Part shown: positions 27,705 through 39,374 of the stretch, piece by piece | Position numbering within the stretch: the stretch's first letter is position 1 | How the letters are laid out: each line of letters opens with the position of its first letter | Origin: Albugo candida | Lineage: Eukaryota | DNA: 64,000 nucleotides | Assembly (NCBI GenBank): GCA_040437565.1 | Contig: JBDOQK010000071.1 | Coordinates: 1 to 64,000, forward strand | Reading direction: 5' to 3' | The notes under the pieces: model-generated | What the model was told of the DNA's origin: nothing | What the model saw: the letters and a program-made list of their open reading frames with translations, nothing else | The model's database searches: none | Position numbers and translations under genes: made by a program

Positions 27705-29256
27705 AACGACAATTCCTATCGGTCCAGAAATGCAGCGTCACCGCTTGCAACACAAGCCTTAAACAGATATGTTCTGCTGATATTCTGTCCATGTCGATCG
27801 TACTGCTGGCACGAGCACAAGCAAGATGCGTTCAACGAGGACGGGACGAGAAAACTGATCTCAATTAGAGAGTAGCTCCAGCCATAAGTGCGGCGTGTGA
27901 TCGCACTCAGGAAAAACGCTATTGATCTGATTCCGCTGCGCCACATTAAGTCTGAGGGCACATCATAATGTCGGGCTGAATTCCCACTAGCGAGATCAAA
28001 CTGGAAGTATCCGAAAATCCAGATAAAACTGTAGATCTTTAAGAAAAATGGAAGGAAACAATTTCGAGATGCCGTGATGTAACCATAAACATTCGAATCC
28101 GCGGGGATTTACTGCTTTCTCATATTGCGTTGTACACCCACAGAAAACTGTCTTCCACTTAAGCTTGCTCGGATCCAAGTCATCAGACCAATCGGCGAGG
28201 AGACACGCTGTAATGTCTGAGTGATTTCGCCGTAAAGTCGACTCAGTAACTGATCAGTCATGTCCGATGTGTTCAGCTCTTCGTCGTTGCAATATATGTC
28301 GACAAAGCTTACTTCATTGGCCATGTGTCGTTTTCTCGTAAAAAGTCTAGAATACTTCAGATGTCGAAAAATGTAGCAAACGATTTCCGTACCGTCCGAT
28401 GTGGTTCGTCGATCATGCCAAGATTGTACCGAACGTTTTGCGTACTCGGATTACGAGTAGCATTTCCTTATGTAATTCTTAGTCGCGGTGGAACCACATG
28501 GGTTGTTCCATGTTGTACTGAAGGTGTTGGAGAACAGCTAGATCTTAAATTGTAATGCTCCAATCCATGTCATGCCACATTTTTAATGCGTGGTTCCACC
28601 AATGAGATGTCCCCTCCCTTTGAACTATTTTCCCTTGTCGATGTGGTGCGATGGTCAAGATATCCATCCTCCTGTGTGGTCCAAAGGGAGGTTGGATAAG
28701 CTGTAATAATTCCGTCGAGGCAGTTGCCCTATAGGCAGGCTTATTTGTCGACGCTGCAAGCTTATAAGTGATCCTCACCGACAAAAATTCCTGAGTTCTC
28801 CCTACACTACCACGGGGACTCAGCCGTGTATAATATCAACACCAGCAAAGCCAAAAAATTCGACCATGATGGCCTGTCAGTCAAATGATTCTACAATCCG
28901 TCAGTACGGTCCTTGAAGACCGTAATCCTCCATCTTTGATGGCGCGTGGGCAAAGCCTCATTGTACTCCTTGATGTCTCTCAGCGAGCTTTCTCCGTTGG
29001 CTTGCACTATAACGTGTATTGTATCTTCCGCCACGTTAATGGTCTTTCCCTACCGAACTCGTCCAATAGAGCTGCTACCATGCCTTCAATATCCGCGCTT
29101 TTGGCTACTCGGTACGCATAACGTCATCTCTCCATTCCACCCAGCTTCTGCTCAGAAGATCATGAGATTGCATGGCATGTTCACGAACAAACACTTTATA
29201 CTTTTTACACATTAATCTCCAAAGACGACACCACTAATCCTACTTTTTTTTTTATC

Positions 29257-31020
29257 TCACACAACGTGCGCTTTCACAAACTCTAAAAAGCGATTACCAT
29301 AAAAAGTTGGGTTCACAGCAGAGATCTGTTTTCGATCATGTCGGATACCTTTAATAAATGTTTCAGCAACTTTACGGCCATTGTACTGCTGCAAAATATC
29401 AATAACACCGATGAAATAAACGAGCCCATTTGGAGCTCCATACGCATCACGTCCAGATATCCCACCTTCGTGTTGTGCAAAGATAGAGTCAGTGTGAACG
29501 GTAACGTTTTCTAATTCTAAAAAACTCGGCGACAGTGGGACAAACGACATTTGTTCCATCGAATCCATCTCTTCTTCTTCGAAAACCGAATCCCTGGAAA
29601 CTATATCTGCTTCTATTCTTCCAAAAGAATGATTCTGCTCATCACTTGGAACATTCATCGAATGAGGCTCTTCCGGTGTGTTTAACGTTGTCAAACGCTT
29701 AGGAGACCGCACGTCGGCCTCGCGTTTGCGATTCGCAGAAGAAACGCGTGGAGACGATATCGAACGCAAAAGCCGTGTAAGGACAGAACTATCGGCCTTT
29801 GCTGGAGATGTCGCAAACACGTCAAGCGCTGAAAGTGAAGAAGCTCCCTTCCCTTTCAAACTCCCTCCAACTGGAGTCGTTGGCATCGATTTAATATTCC
29901 AGGAACGCATTGCGACGAGTCTCGAGGCTGGAAGCTCCTTTACTGGATTCAGACGTTTAAGCGTGTCATAGACTGTCTTCTGAATCGCTCCTTGTCGTGT
30001 GTCATGAATACCGACCAAAAGACTGTAATCCATAATATTCATTCCTTTGAGAAAATCGACATCGCTCTCGAGCTGTGAGAGAAAGGCTTTCCTATTCGCC
30101 GCACCCAACTCGAGTCGAACGTTTGCTTCTAAAAGATCAACGTCCTTGAGAACCTGGTACCTATCCAGATCTTTTCGAGACGTCCGACGACCAACTTGAG
30201 CGCCTTTCAAGTCAAATCGAGCGTGAATGTCCAAATTCGTGTCGAAAACATTAGCCATGATAATAAAATGCATCTTCTTCCGCAAATGATGCATTTTGAC
30301 GCGATGCATTCCATAAAACCTTGATAAAAGCGTGTTGGGGTTCTCGACGACATACTGATAATACTGCGGAAGAATTCGTCGTAAGAATCGCGATTCCTCT
30401 TTACTTTGCGTCTTGATCATAAATCGTCCGTCATGAGAATAGAAAAAAAACTGACCCGACTTGGAATTCGCAAGGAATTCGATGTAATTAAAGTCACCGC
30501 ATAAAGTGACCATATAATCGGCAGAATCGATGCAAAATTGTCGCCGAATATGTCGAAAAACATCCGGCGAGTAATCTTTAAACTTGAACGAATGCCCGAG
30601 CTTCAGACTCGCCGGGAAGTCTCGTTTATCAACTCTGCTGAAATCCTCCATACACAATCGATTCACAGCACAGAAACTCGAGTGTCTTCCCGCAGAATTC
30701 AAAATGCCGCACATCATTCCGTACGTGAGCGCATACTGCTCATGTTTATCGTCAATAACGTTGCCCAGAGGCCTTCTCATCCTCTCTCGATTCGAGCCAC
30801 CTTGCAGCCGATTCACTTCCGTTCCCACTGGAAGAATCGCGTTTGAAGAAGGAGTGAGAACGACATCCTCGTGCTGAGGCTCCTCGGAAGCGCTCGAGTC
30901 GCTCGTACGAATGCGTATGGGCGATAGAAATTCCTCAGACGCTCTTAAGGCATTTTGAATGGGAGCATTCAAACACAATACCGACACGCGAGTCTCAACT
31001 GCCAAACGCGTCGACTCCAT
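29257..31020 (-). CDS. PIP5K: Phosphatidylinositol-phosphate 5-kinase (PIP5K family)
   Basis: FKFKDYSP, SKSGQFFFYSHDGRFMIKT, FDLKG, IMDYSLLVGIH, GVIDILQQY. First ATG at 31020; single exon, 587 aa. Confidence 0.95.
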   Translation of the reverse strand: MESTRLAVETRVSVLCLNAPIQNALRASEEFLSPIRIRTSDSSASEEPQHEDVVLTPSSNAILPVGTEVNRLQGGSNRERMRRPLGNVIDDKHEQYALTYGMMCGILNSAGRHSSFCAVNRLCMEDFSRVDKRDFPASLKLGHSFKFKDYSPDVFRHIRRQFCIDSADYMVTLCGDFNYIEFLANSKSGQFFFYSHDGRFMIKTQSKEESRFLRRILPQYYQYVVENPNTLLSRFYGMHRVKMHHLRKKMHFIIMANVFDTNLDIHARFDLKGAQVGRRTSRKDLDRYQVLKDVDLLEANVRLELGAANRKAFLSQLESDVDFLKGMNIMDYSLLVGIHDTRQGAIQKTVYDTLKRLNPVKELPASRLVAMRSWNIKSMPTTPVGGSLKGKGASSLSALDVFATSPAKADSSVLTRLLRSISSPRVSSANRKREADVRSPKRLTTLNTPEEPHSMNVPSDEQNHSFGRIEADIVSRDSVFEEEEMDSMEQMSFVPLSPSFLELENVTVHTDSIFAQHEGGISGRDAYGAPNGLVYFIGVIDILQQYNGRKVAETFIKGIRHDRKQISAVNPTFYGNRFLEFVKAHVV

Positions 31021-31246
31021 TTCGACCTGAGACGCAACTTTGAAAGCAAATCGTTCAATAGTTTTCCACGCGGAATAAAAATAACACTTCAAAAATAGTC
31101 AAAAGCATCAAAAAACGATTCCGAGCTAAAAATATATTTAATTTTCAATATTTTTCAATATTTTATGACAAACGGATCGAATTCTCAAACTGAATCCATT
31201 CGACAGCGCACGTGGTCCACCAGTTGAGTTGAGACGTTCCCAAAGG

Positions 31247-32657
31247 ATGCAAAGTCTTGTCGAACGATTGATACAGTCGCTGTATGCGTGTAAACGATTC
31301 AAAGTCGCTGGAAGTATCACTGGAGGCGGAGTTTCCGCATGCAATTTACTCGTTTCCAGTGGAAGTTCTTCGACCATTTTGGAGCTCTGTGTTCCGTATT
31401 CGCGAGCGAGTTTAATAGAATCGCTCACAGCCGTTCATTTCTCACCAAAGACTTCATTTTGCTCGCTACAAATCGCAGAGGAAATGGCTTCATACAGCGT
31501 TTCTCGAGCTGATTTTTTATTGCAACAACAGCGAAAAAATGATTTTTTTTGGAATGAATCGTTTTCGGAGCTGACAGAGCGATACGAATCGATTCTCGGA
31601 ATTGGATGTACGGCTTCGTTGAAGACAAATCGGCTGAAAAGAAGCGGTACAGATCGATGTTTTGTATCGGTGTGTCACGCATCCAAGCGGACAAAAGCGG
31701 ACAACGTCCAAATCGCACAGAGAATCCATCAAACGTATGAGATCATATTCGATCCGCAGCACACGCGTCAAGGTACACGTCTTTAGACTCAACTTTTGGC
31801 TCATTGTCTCTGTAGAACAGGATCAACTCGCAGCGTTTTGGATCGTTTACGCACTAAGTCGAGCGTCGGGACTTTGTCAGTCGGATCGGATGGAATTGCG
31901 TGATCATTTGCTTTCAAAAACCAAAGTGACGGAAAGTGAGTCGTGTCGACTGGCGGGCGATAATGCATTTGATTTGATCACAAATGTGGCAATTGCTCCT
32001 TCCAATCGATTTGGTAGCGTCCTTTTCCTCGGAGATGGAAATGTTGAAAGCCTGCGTGAAATCATTGTCGATATTCCATTCAGAGGACTCGTATTTCCCG
32101 GCTCATTCAATCCTCTACACAATGGACATATCGAGTTGATACAAGCCGCACAAAATGTTGTCCAAAAGCATTTCCATACGACCGAATTGCCATCGATTGC
32201 GTTTGAAATTGCGGTGCAAAATGCTGATAAAGGGAAATTAAATGGGAATGAAATACAGAGACGGACCGCTCAGTTCTCTGACAGATCCGATGTGTTGCCA
32301 GTGTTTGTGACGAATGCGACTTTATTCTCCGAAAAAGCGAAATTATTTCGTCAAAGTTGGTTTGTCATCGGAGCCGATACAGCGATACGTTTAGTCGATT
32401 CCAAGTACTACGGAGACGAATGCAAGATGGCTATCACACTGAATGAGATCATTTCGACGTTGGAGTGTCGTTTTGTGGTGGCCGGACGATATGTCGAAGC
32501 GTACGGACGATATTGCAGCGCGATGGAAATTGTTGAAAATGTGATTCCAAAATTCTTCCGACATGCATTCCTGCCGATTGACGAGGAGATATTTCGTAAC
32601 GATATATCTTCGACCGCGTTACGGGAGCGAGCAGAGGAAAAGCTTCGAGTCAAATGA
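31247..32657 (+). CDS. PncC/CinA-like domain fused to a HIGH-class nucleotidyltransferase (NMNAT/NadD-like)
   Basis: Exons 31247-31772 and 31816-32657 (43-nt GT-AG intron). N-terminal AGSITGG..GSS..VPYS; C-terminal FPGSFNPLHNGH, GADT and DISST. Confidence 0.85.
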
Positions 32658-32824
32658 TTTGGTCAAAATTGTAATTTCCTCAATAAAAATGGAGTGCGAT
32701 TTTGAGGTTTGAGGGTTGACTTTTTGAGGTCGCAAACGGAAGCGATCGTATGAGTTGAAACGCAAAGAAAACGCCAAAAGAGATCCAATTGTATATCTGA
32801 TGCTTCCTAATGAGTCGTTTGCCA

Positions 32825-33882
32825 TCACAAGTAAAGGCGTACGGATTTCTGAATATCATTTTTCCGCACATTTTTCCTCACTAAAACTTGAACAAAAGGA
32901 AATGAAATGCGTTCAGATGTCTTTGACGTCGAAATACGATCCAAATTGGTGTCAGCAAGTGAGGTTTCACGCTTCAAAGGACTATTGGATTCATTCGCAC
33001 ACTCTAAACATCGACAGTGAGATGTACACGGAATCCCATTCTGATAGCATTCGCAGTATTTCTTCAAGCATTTTGACTTTTTGCATCGACAACCACGCAA
33101 TACGACCGCATTGGATTTCTATATTCAGACTGAGAGACAACTCGGTAGAATCAATGACATGAGCATACCTGAGGTAAAAGCTGGTAAAAGGCCTGAGACG
33201 AGTGTACCATCGAATTGGAAGCGAAAGAGAAAACGCGCGGAGAATTCGCTAAATACGTTTCAATGGCTTCGACACGCTGTCGCTTGTGGCCTCTGGTGTT
33301 CTGACACGCTTCGCAATTGCATTTCGGATGACAAAATCCACGAGAACTGAAGCAGACACAATACCTGGGCTCAACATGTGAATATTACATATATGATATG
33401 TATGTTTGGGAATATTACATTTTTAGACATCCGGTTTTACAGCCACAAATTTGAAGGGAGTCGACGCTTGTTGCTTGAACTTGTTGTGCTTGTGTTTGTA
33501 TGCGTTGCAATTTTGACCTTTCTTTCGCGGAAATTACATTGGTAGACTCATCGGGGAGCTGTTGGTAATTGTCGCGTAGAATGGGAACTGGAAGGAGAGA
33601 TAGTTGGCCATAGCGTTTTTCGAATAGATATAAAAGCATATCAAGCCATGCTCGGTTCTCACGGTGATGGAGGTCAGTAGTATCGACTGGAGTGGATGAT
33701 AGAGTTTTGGGTGCTTTTCGGTCATTTTTTGAGAGAGGAAGTAGAGTGTTTTGTTGGGAATTGAGGTCAATGGTAGAGAGCGGCGTACGAGGATTACATG
33801 TCGTGGTCTTAATTGGTTCTATTCGGTCGACAATCGGATCGCTATCGGCGTTCATTTCAGACAGAATATGCGATCGGATCAT
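32825..33882 (-). CDS. Tesmin/TSO1/LIN54-like CXC (CRC) domain protein
   Basis: Two CXC domains joined across two introns: [32 protein letters not shown] and [34 protein letters not shown]. The 5' end is uncertain. Confidence 0.9.
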
Positions 33883-34652
33883 GTCGAAAGTATTCGCGAT
33901 ACCGTATTTATGTGTAGGTACACGTACTTAGCTTACGTACGTTACGGTTGAAGTGAGTTTCGAGCCGATTTTTAGGTATTCTGCGTACTTTGATACTGCT
34001 GGGAATGAGACGGAAACTGCGAATCGATTCAATAATTGTAGTGCTATATGGCATCATCTCAATGGCAGAAGCATATTGCAGGAAGCAGAATGTGTCGAAC
34101 GTTGTCGTTTTGGCAAAAACGCTTGGAGAAAGGCCCAGGCCTCTGACCAGCATACTCCTGTTTTTATAGGGTGTAGTGATCCATCTCATAAGATCCTGAT
34201 GCACTGAGAGGATTCCCTAACGAAAAGTATTGAAAATATGCCTTTGAATCATTTCGTACAGAGCCTAAGGCGTGTTGGTGCGGAATGCCGCAATTTTGGA
34301 GCAAACCTGTTGCTGCAATGAAAATTTAAAAAAATAAAATGCGTAAGCAAAGAGAAGGTGATACAGAATATGCATAGGAAAAGTCTCTAAAAGGAGTTCC
34401 GTACTCACGTACACTGATTCGATTTTATTCGACCACTATACGCTAAAGCCCTCTAATTGCTGTGTACTTGCACTATCAGTGTTTCGATGCTTTCTCGTGC
34501 AAAGAGAAATTCATCGCACTATGAAAGAATAAGTAACGATAGAAATTCAAGCACGAGACCACCAAAAGAGATGTACTCATAGTATAAGGCAAAAAAAGCC
34601 GCTTACCGACAGATCTCTGGACACCTCACATGCATCAAATTTTAAAAATTTG

Positions 34653-37600
34653 TTACATGATCACTTTTTCAGTGTGAATAGCTCGCTGCAAGCGCGCTGC
34701 TTGCTCTTCCTCCGTCACATTCTCATACCGCTTTTCCGCCAAAGTACGAACGCGGTACACAGTCACATTTCCATCGGTATCGCCAACAATTACGACAGGT
34801 GCTCGAGGCGCAAATGAAACGCAAACGCACTCGATACTTTTCTCAATGGGTGCATCCTTTACTGTAGAATCATCCAAATGCGTCTCCTCTTCCTGCGATT
34901 GCTTCTTATTCGGAAAAGACGAGACAATCGGATCTAGAACAGAAGCCTCGAGATCCCAAATTTCGACGCCTCCGTCTTCCGTCGCGGCTGCAAAAATTGT
35001 CGCGTCGTTGGGGCACCAACAAACATCGTGCACAGCGGTAACACGTCCCATCTACACGCTCAGGACTCATTAGAGATCTCTTTAATGGCAAAAGAACGTA
35101 CCGATTGTAAAATCGCGAGCGGCTGCGTTTCCGCGTGATGCCACAACTTGACACTCCAATCGCCTGAGCAGCTCAAGAACAAATCACTGCAGAATGGCGA
35201 GGTTGCAACGCGATAAACGGGTCCAGCGTGCCCCAAGTACGTGCTCAGGTACTGCTCATTGTACGAGACGGAGCATTTATGTATCAATCCGTCTTCCGTT
35301 CCAACAAAATAAACCGAAGGATCATTTTTCATAAAGTCAAAAGAAAGACCGCTTGCCTGACGTGAAATGACGCCTTCAGCGCGAGAATGAGACCCAAGAA
35401 ATGGATTTGCGACGTGTTTCATTGCCATTAGATCCGTGAAATTCAAACCTTTCTTCCGATTCCATTCCGTGACGCGTCCATCGGCTGAGATGCTGACAAT
35501 CGTTTCATTTCGATCACTTCCTTTTTGCACCCATTTGACTTGCCACACAGCATCCAAGTGCTTTCCATTTAGACTCTCACTCGTGGCAATCGGCTGAGGA
35601 GAACTCATTGTTTCGAAAGCGTCAGTAGACCGTACGTCATACACAGCGACGACGCCATTTATCAAGCCGACGGCCAACAGATACGGCGAAGAGGGAGAAA
35701 AGTCTAGAGTCGACACTCCGATCGGCAAGCCGTACGCTCTTTCAGGATAATCTGGATTCGTGAGCGTCCAAAAGAGAATCAGGCCTTCCTCACAGACGTT
35801 CTGGTGGAAGGATTCGTTCCCGGTCGAGCTTTTGTACCCGACCGCAACAAGGTCGTGATTCGCAGTGTTCCATGAGAAACTCGTGACGATTCGATCTCGC
35901 GTGCGATCGCAATGGAAAACCCAAAGCTTCTCGAGCTCGGATGCTTCGTGCTCTATCGAGACGCAAGGACCGACATATGGGAAATTACGATACGAAACTT
36001 GTTGCGTGTGATACACATTCTGTTGCACTGCTCGTTCTAAGACGCAAACGGCTTTGGCCAGCGATTTGGAAGCCATTAGTTGCGTGGCTTTCTGTGTCGC
36101 AATGATCTCGCCAAGATCGACGTTGGGATTCGCGCATGCGTATGCGTGATCAGGGGAACGAACATCGCCACTTCGACTCTCATTTTCACTTTGGATGTTG
36201 GAGACCGCGCTCATGGAACCCGATTGACTGTTCAATGCACTTCTACCGCTACATTCTCCGGTGAGCGCTGTTGAAACACTTTGTGCGGCGGTGAAGGCGA
36301 TAGTTTGACTGTTTTGTGATGCGTTTGATTTCTTTCGGAGAATTGGTACCGCTCGAACATCCGCTACGGAATATTGCTTACGACTATGAATTCTCGAACT
36401 GTTGTGGTTTTGTTGCGATCGTTTCGGCTTGGATGCTTGCTGCTGGTACCGTTCGAGGACTTGGATGATATCCTGCTCTAGCTCAAGGAGACAAGCCGAG
36501 GAAGCGAGCATTGCTTCCATGATCTCTTTCACTTGGAGCTTTAGAGTTGCATCCGTGCCAATTGGCAATACGTCGAGCTTTTTTGACGTGAATAAATCTA
36601 ATTCAGGTTCCAGAGATTTTTCTTGATTCGTATCGAAGATATCCCAATGATTCGCGATACTGGCCGCATCTCGAGTCGCCGGAGGAGCTGTCATGACTTC
36701 TTTTGTTTTCTGTGCGAGTTGCAGTGTTTGCGATCGACCTGTGACGAATGCGTCACTTCCTTTCTTCCCCGCGCATATCGATTGATATCTGTGGTTGCGT
36801 TGACGCACGGAAGCTTGCAAGGAAGCATTTTCGGGGTTCACGCAGACACTTGGAATCTGTAAAAGAAAGTCTGTTGCAGTTTCTGTAAAGCAAATCGTAT
36901 AGAGCTTTTGTATTGGTTTTTTGTTCGGATTCAGTGACGACATTGCGTCCAATTGGGAATTCTCCATTTCTGCTTTTACTTCACGAGGAAGCGGAGTCAA
37001 GGAAATCGATTCTTCCTCTTGGTCAGGAAGCAGCGTCGATGGCTCCTCGAGTTTCGATGTGTTTTCAGCAACGGATTCATCGGAACTCTCTGAAGTGTTT
37101 TCATTGTCGGCACTGGAGCCCTTCGACGACAAGCGATCACTTTGTTGACGTGAAGGAATACTTGCGAGCACGTGACTTTGTCGCGTTTTCGCTCGAGTTT
37201 TCTTCGCTCGTTTTCGACTTTGGGAGCGTGAGGAAGTGAAAGAGACTGAAGAAGAGGAAAAGCGGATCGGATCAACACGACGTAGCAGTAGCGATTGTGG
37301 AGTGACATTGACACCATCAAGATAGATTTGTGCGTCTTGAGAATTCCCGACTTTACGGCTGGTCGTGGAGAGGGATGACGCGCCGGTTGCAAAACTAGAG
37401 CGACTGGAATTGACGGTTCTTCTTGAGCGTGCACTGATACGACGTGAAGGCGCAGAAGAAAGTTTGGATTTCGGAGGAATGACNNNNNNNNNNNNNNNNN
37501 NNNNNNNNNNNNNNNNNNNNNNNNNNNNNNNNNNNNNNNNNNNNNNNNNNNNNNNNNNNNNNNNNNNNNNNNNNNNNNNNNNNTCGAGTTTCGATGTGTT

Positions 37601-38026
37601 TTCAGCAACGGATTCATCGGAACTCTCTGAAGTGTTTTCATTGTCGGCACTGGAGCCCTTCGACGACAAGCGATCACTTTGTTGACGTGAAGGAATACTT
37701 GCGAGCACGTGACTTTGTCGCGTTTTCGCTCGAGTTTTCTTCGCTCGTTTTCGACTTTGGGAGCGTGAGGAAGTGAAAGAGACTGAAGAAGAGGAAAAGC
37801 GGATCGGATCAACACGACGTAGCAGTAGCGATTGTGGAGTGACATTGACACCATCAAGATAGATTTGTGCGTCTTGAGAATTCCCGACTTTACGGCTGGT
37901 CGTGGAGAGGGATGACGCGCCGGTTGCAAAACTAGAGCGACTGGAATTGACGGTTCTTCTTGAGCGTGCACTGATACGACGTGAAGGCGCAGAAGAAAGT
38001 TTGGATTTCGGAGGAATGACACTCAT
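34653..38026 (-). CDS. WDR78: Axonemal dynein intermediate chain, WDR78/IC138-like WD40 protein
   Basis: ERAVQQNVYH, WNTANHDLVAVGY, ISRQASGLSFDF, GTEDGLIHKCSVSYNEQYL. Intron 35052-35101. About 928 aa after removing the gap duplication. Confidence 0.88.
37047..38020. repeat. Exact 437-bp duplication flanking gap 37484-37583 (artefact inside WDR78)
   Basis: 37047-37483 is identical to 37584-38020. Confidence 0.92.
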
Positions 38027-38213
38027 ACATGCGATCTTAAAAGGTCACAAAGGATACGGTTATAGCGTAACCTAGGGAAGGGTTGCAGTGTGGATTAGGG
38101 TGTCGTGTAGGGTAAGGATACGAGGATGCTGTTATATAACGTTAATTAAGGTTTGCGGATGTTGTATAACATTAGGGAACGTTATAAAGTTTCGCGGACG
38201 GATCGATACCACG

Positions 38214-39209
38214 ATGCGTTCTTTGAAGTGTTATTTGCTTCCATTGACGGAGAAAGCTTTCTTGAGTGGGGGTGTGATTGCCGCTGCAGCCAGACAGATT
38301 GATGATGTGTTGCGTTTTCGTCTTGCTGTGCCGCAAAATGCATCACCGACGTTGCGCAATCACTTGGCAGAGTTGTATCAGTTGTATCCCGGATTGATTC
38401 CTGAAAGTCCTTATTTTGTGGATTTTACAAAATTAAAGGATATTCAGTATGCTTGTGGGGAATGTGATGGTCTTATTGCCTCATCTAGCGTGCAGAATCC
38501 CAACTTTACGGAAGAATCCAATCTTTTTCAAGTTGCAGGAAAGCAAGACCATTTCCATGTGCTCAAGGTCTCTTGCTCAGATGGATTGCTTCATGCTCGT
38601 CAGCGTGTGGCAATTGGAGCGGCACATTGGCGCTTGGAAGAGCAGTTGCGTTCCAGTCAGCTTTCACATACGATTTTGAGGATGAACACGTCGATGCAAT
38701 CATTCTGTAGAGGAAAAATGCGAGATATGGTACAGTCGCGTACTCTTTCAATTCCAATTCGTCGTGGAAAAGTCGCATTTGTGGATGAGAGTGACGTCGC
38801 CGACGTCATTGTCACATTGTGCCAACAACACGTCACCGCTCCTTGGGAGACAAAGGAGCTTTCTGTCACGGGACCTGGTACGTTGTCACTGTACCAAAAG
38901 TAACGTACTGATTCGATTGCGTCCTCAGAGCCTTTGACGTTCCCTCAAGTGGCTGAATTATTATCCAATGAGCTTCATCAAGCCATAAGACATTCCTATT
39001 TCCCGCTTTGGGCCATGCAGCCAGCGCTGTGGATACGCGGTTTGCGACCAGAAGAAATTGCGAGTGAGATTGGAATGGCGCGTGCGTTAGAAAACAACGC
39101 GGAGGAAAGAGTGACTGATGCGATTGAGAGCGTCTTAAGTCGAAAGCCGACGACATTTCGGGATTTTATCAGAGACCATAAAAGCTCGTGGGTGTTTTCA
39201 GAGAAATGA
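38214..39209 (+). CDS. NmrA-like NAD(P)-binding Rossmann-fold protein
   Basis: HWRLEEQLRSSQLSHTILR, GKVAFVDESDVADV, TGPE-PLTFPQVAELLS and RKPTTFRDFI. Intron 38878-38928. Confidence 0.8.
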
Positions 39210-39374
39210 TTGATCGAAACACATGCAAATACATGATTGGGTATTAAGAGTGGATGGTTAATTACGAATCACTTTTATTCCTATTCACATTCCACCAATC
39301 AATAGAAATCTGGACCTCTTGATGTGTCATTTACATATAAAGTATTTTTTCATCCAATCAAACTTCTGAAGAGA

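Noticed and set aside
29257..31092. Possible oomycete GPCR-PIPK fusion
   Set aside because: No 7-TM region upstream of the kinase domain, and the divergent gene starts 226 bp away.
36997..38022. 341-aa alternative-frame ORF and apparent internal repeat in WDR78
   Set aside because: Produced by the gap duplication; an off-frame shadow of the WDR78 exon.
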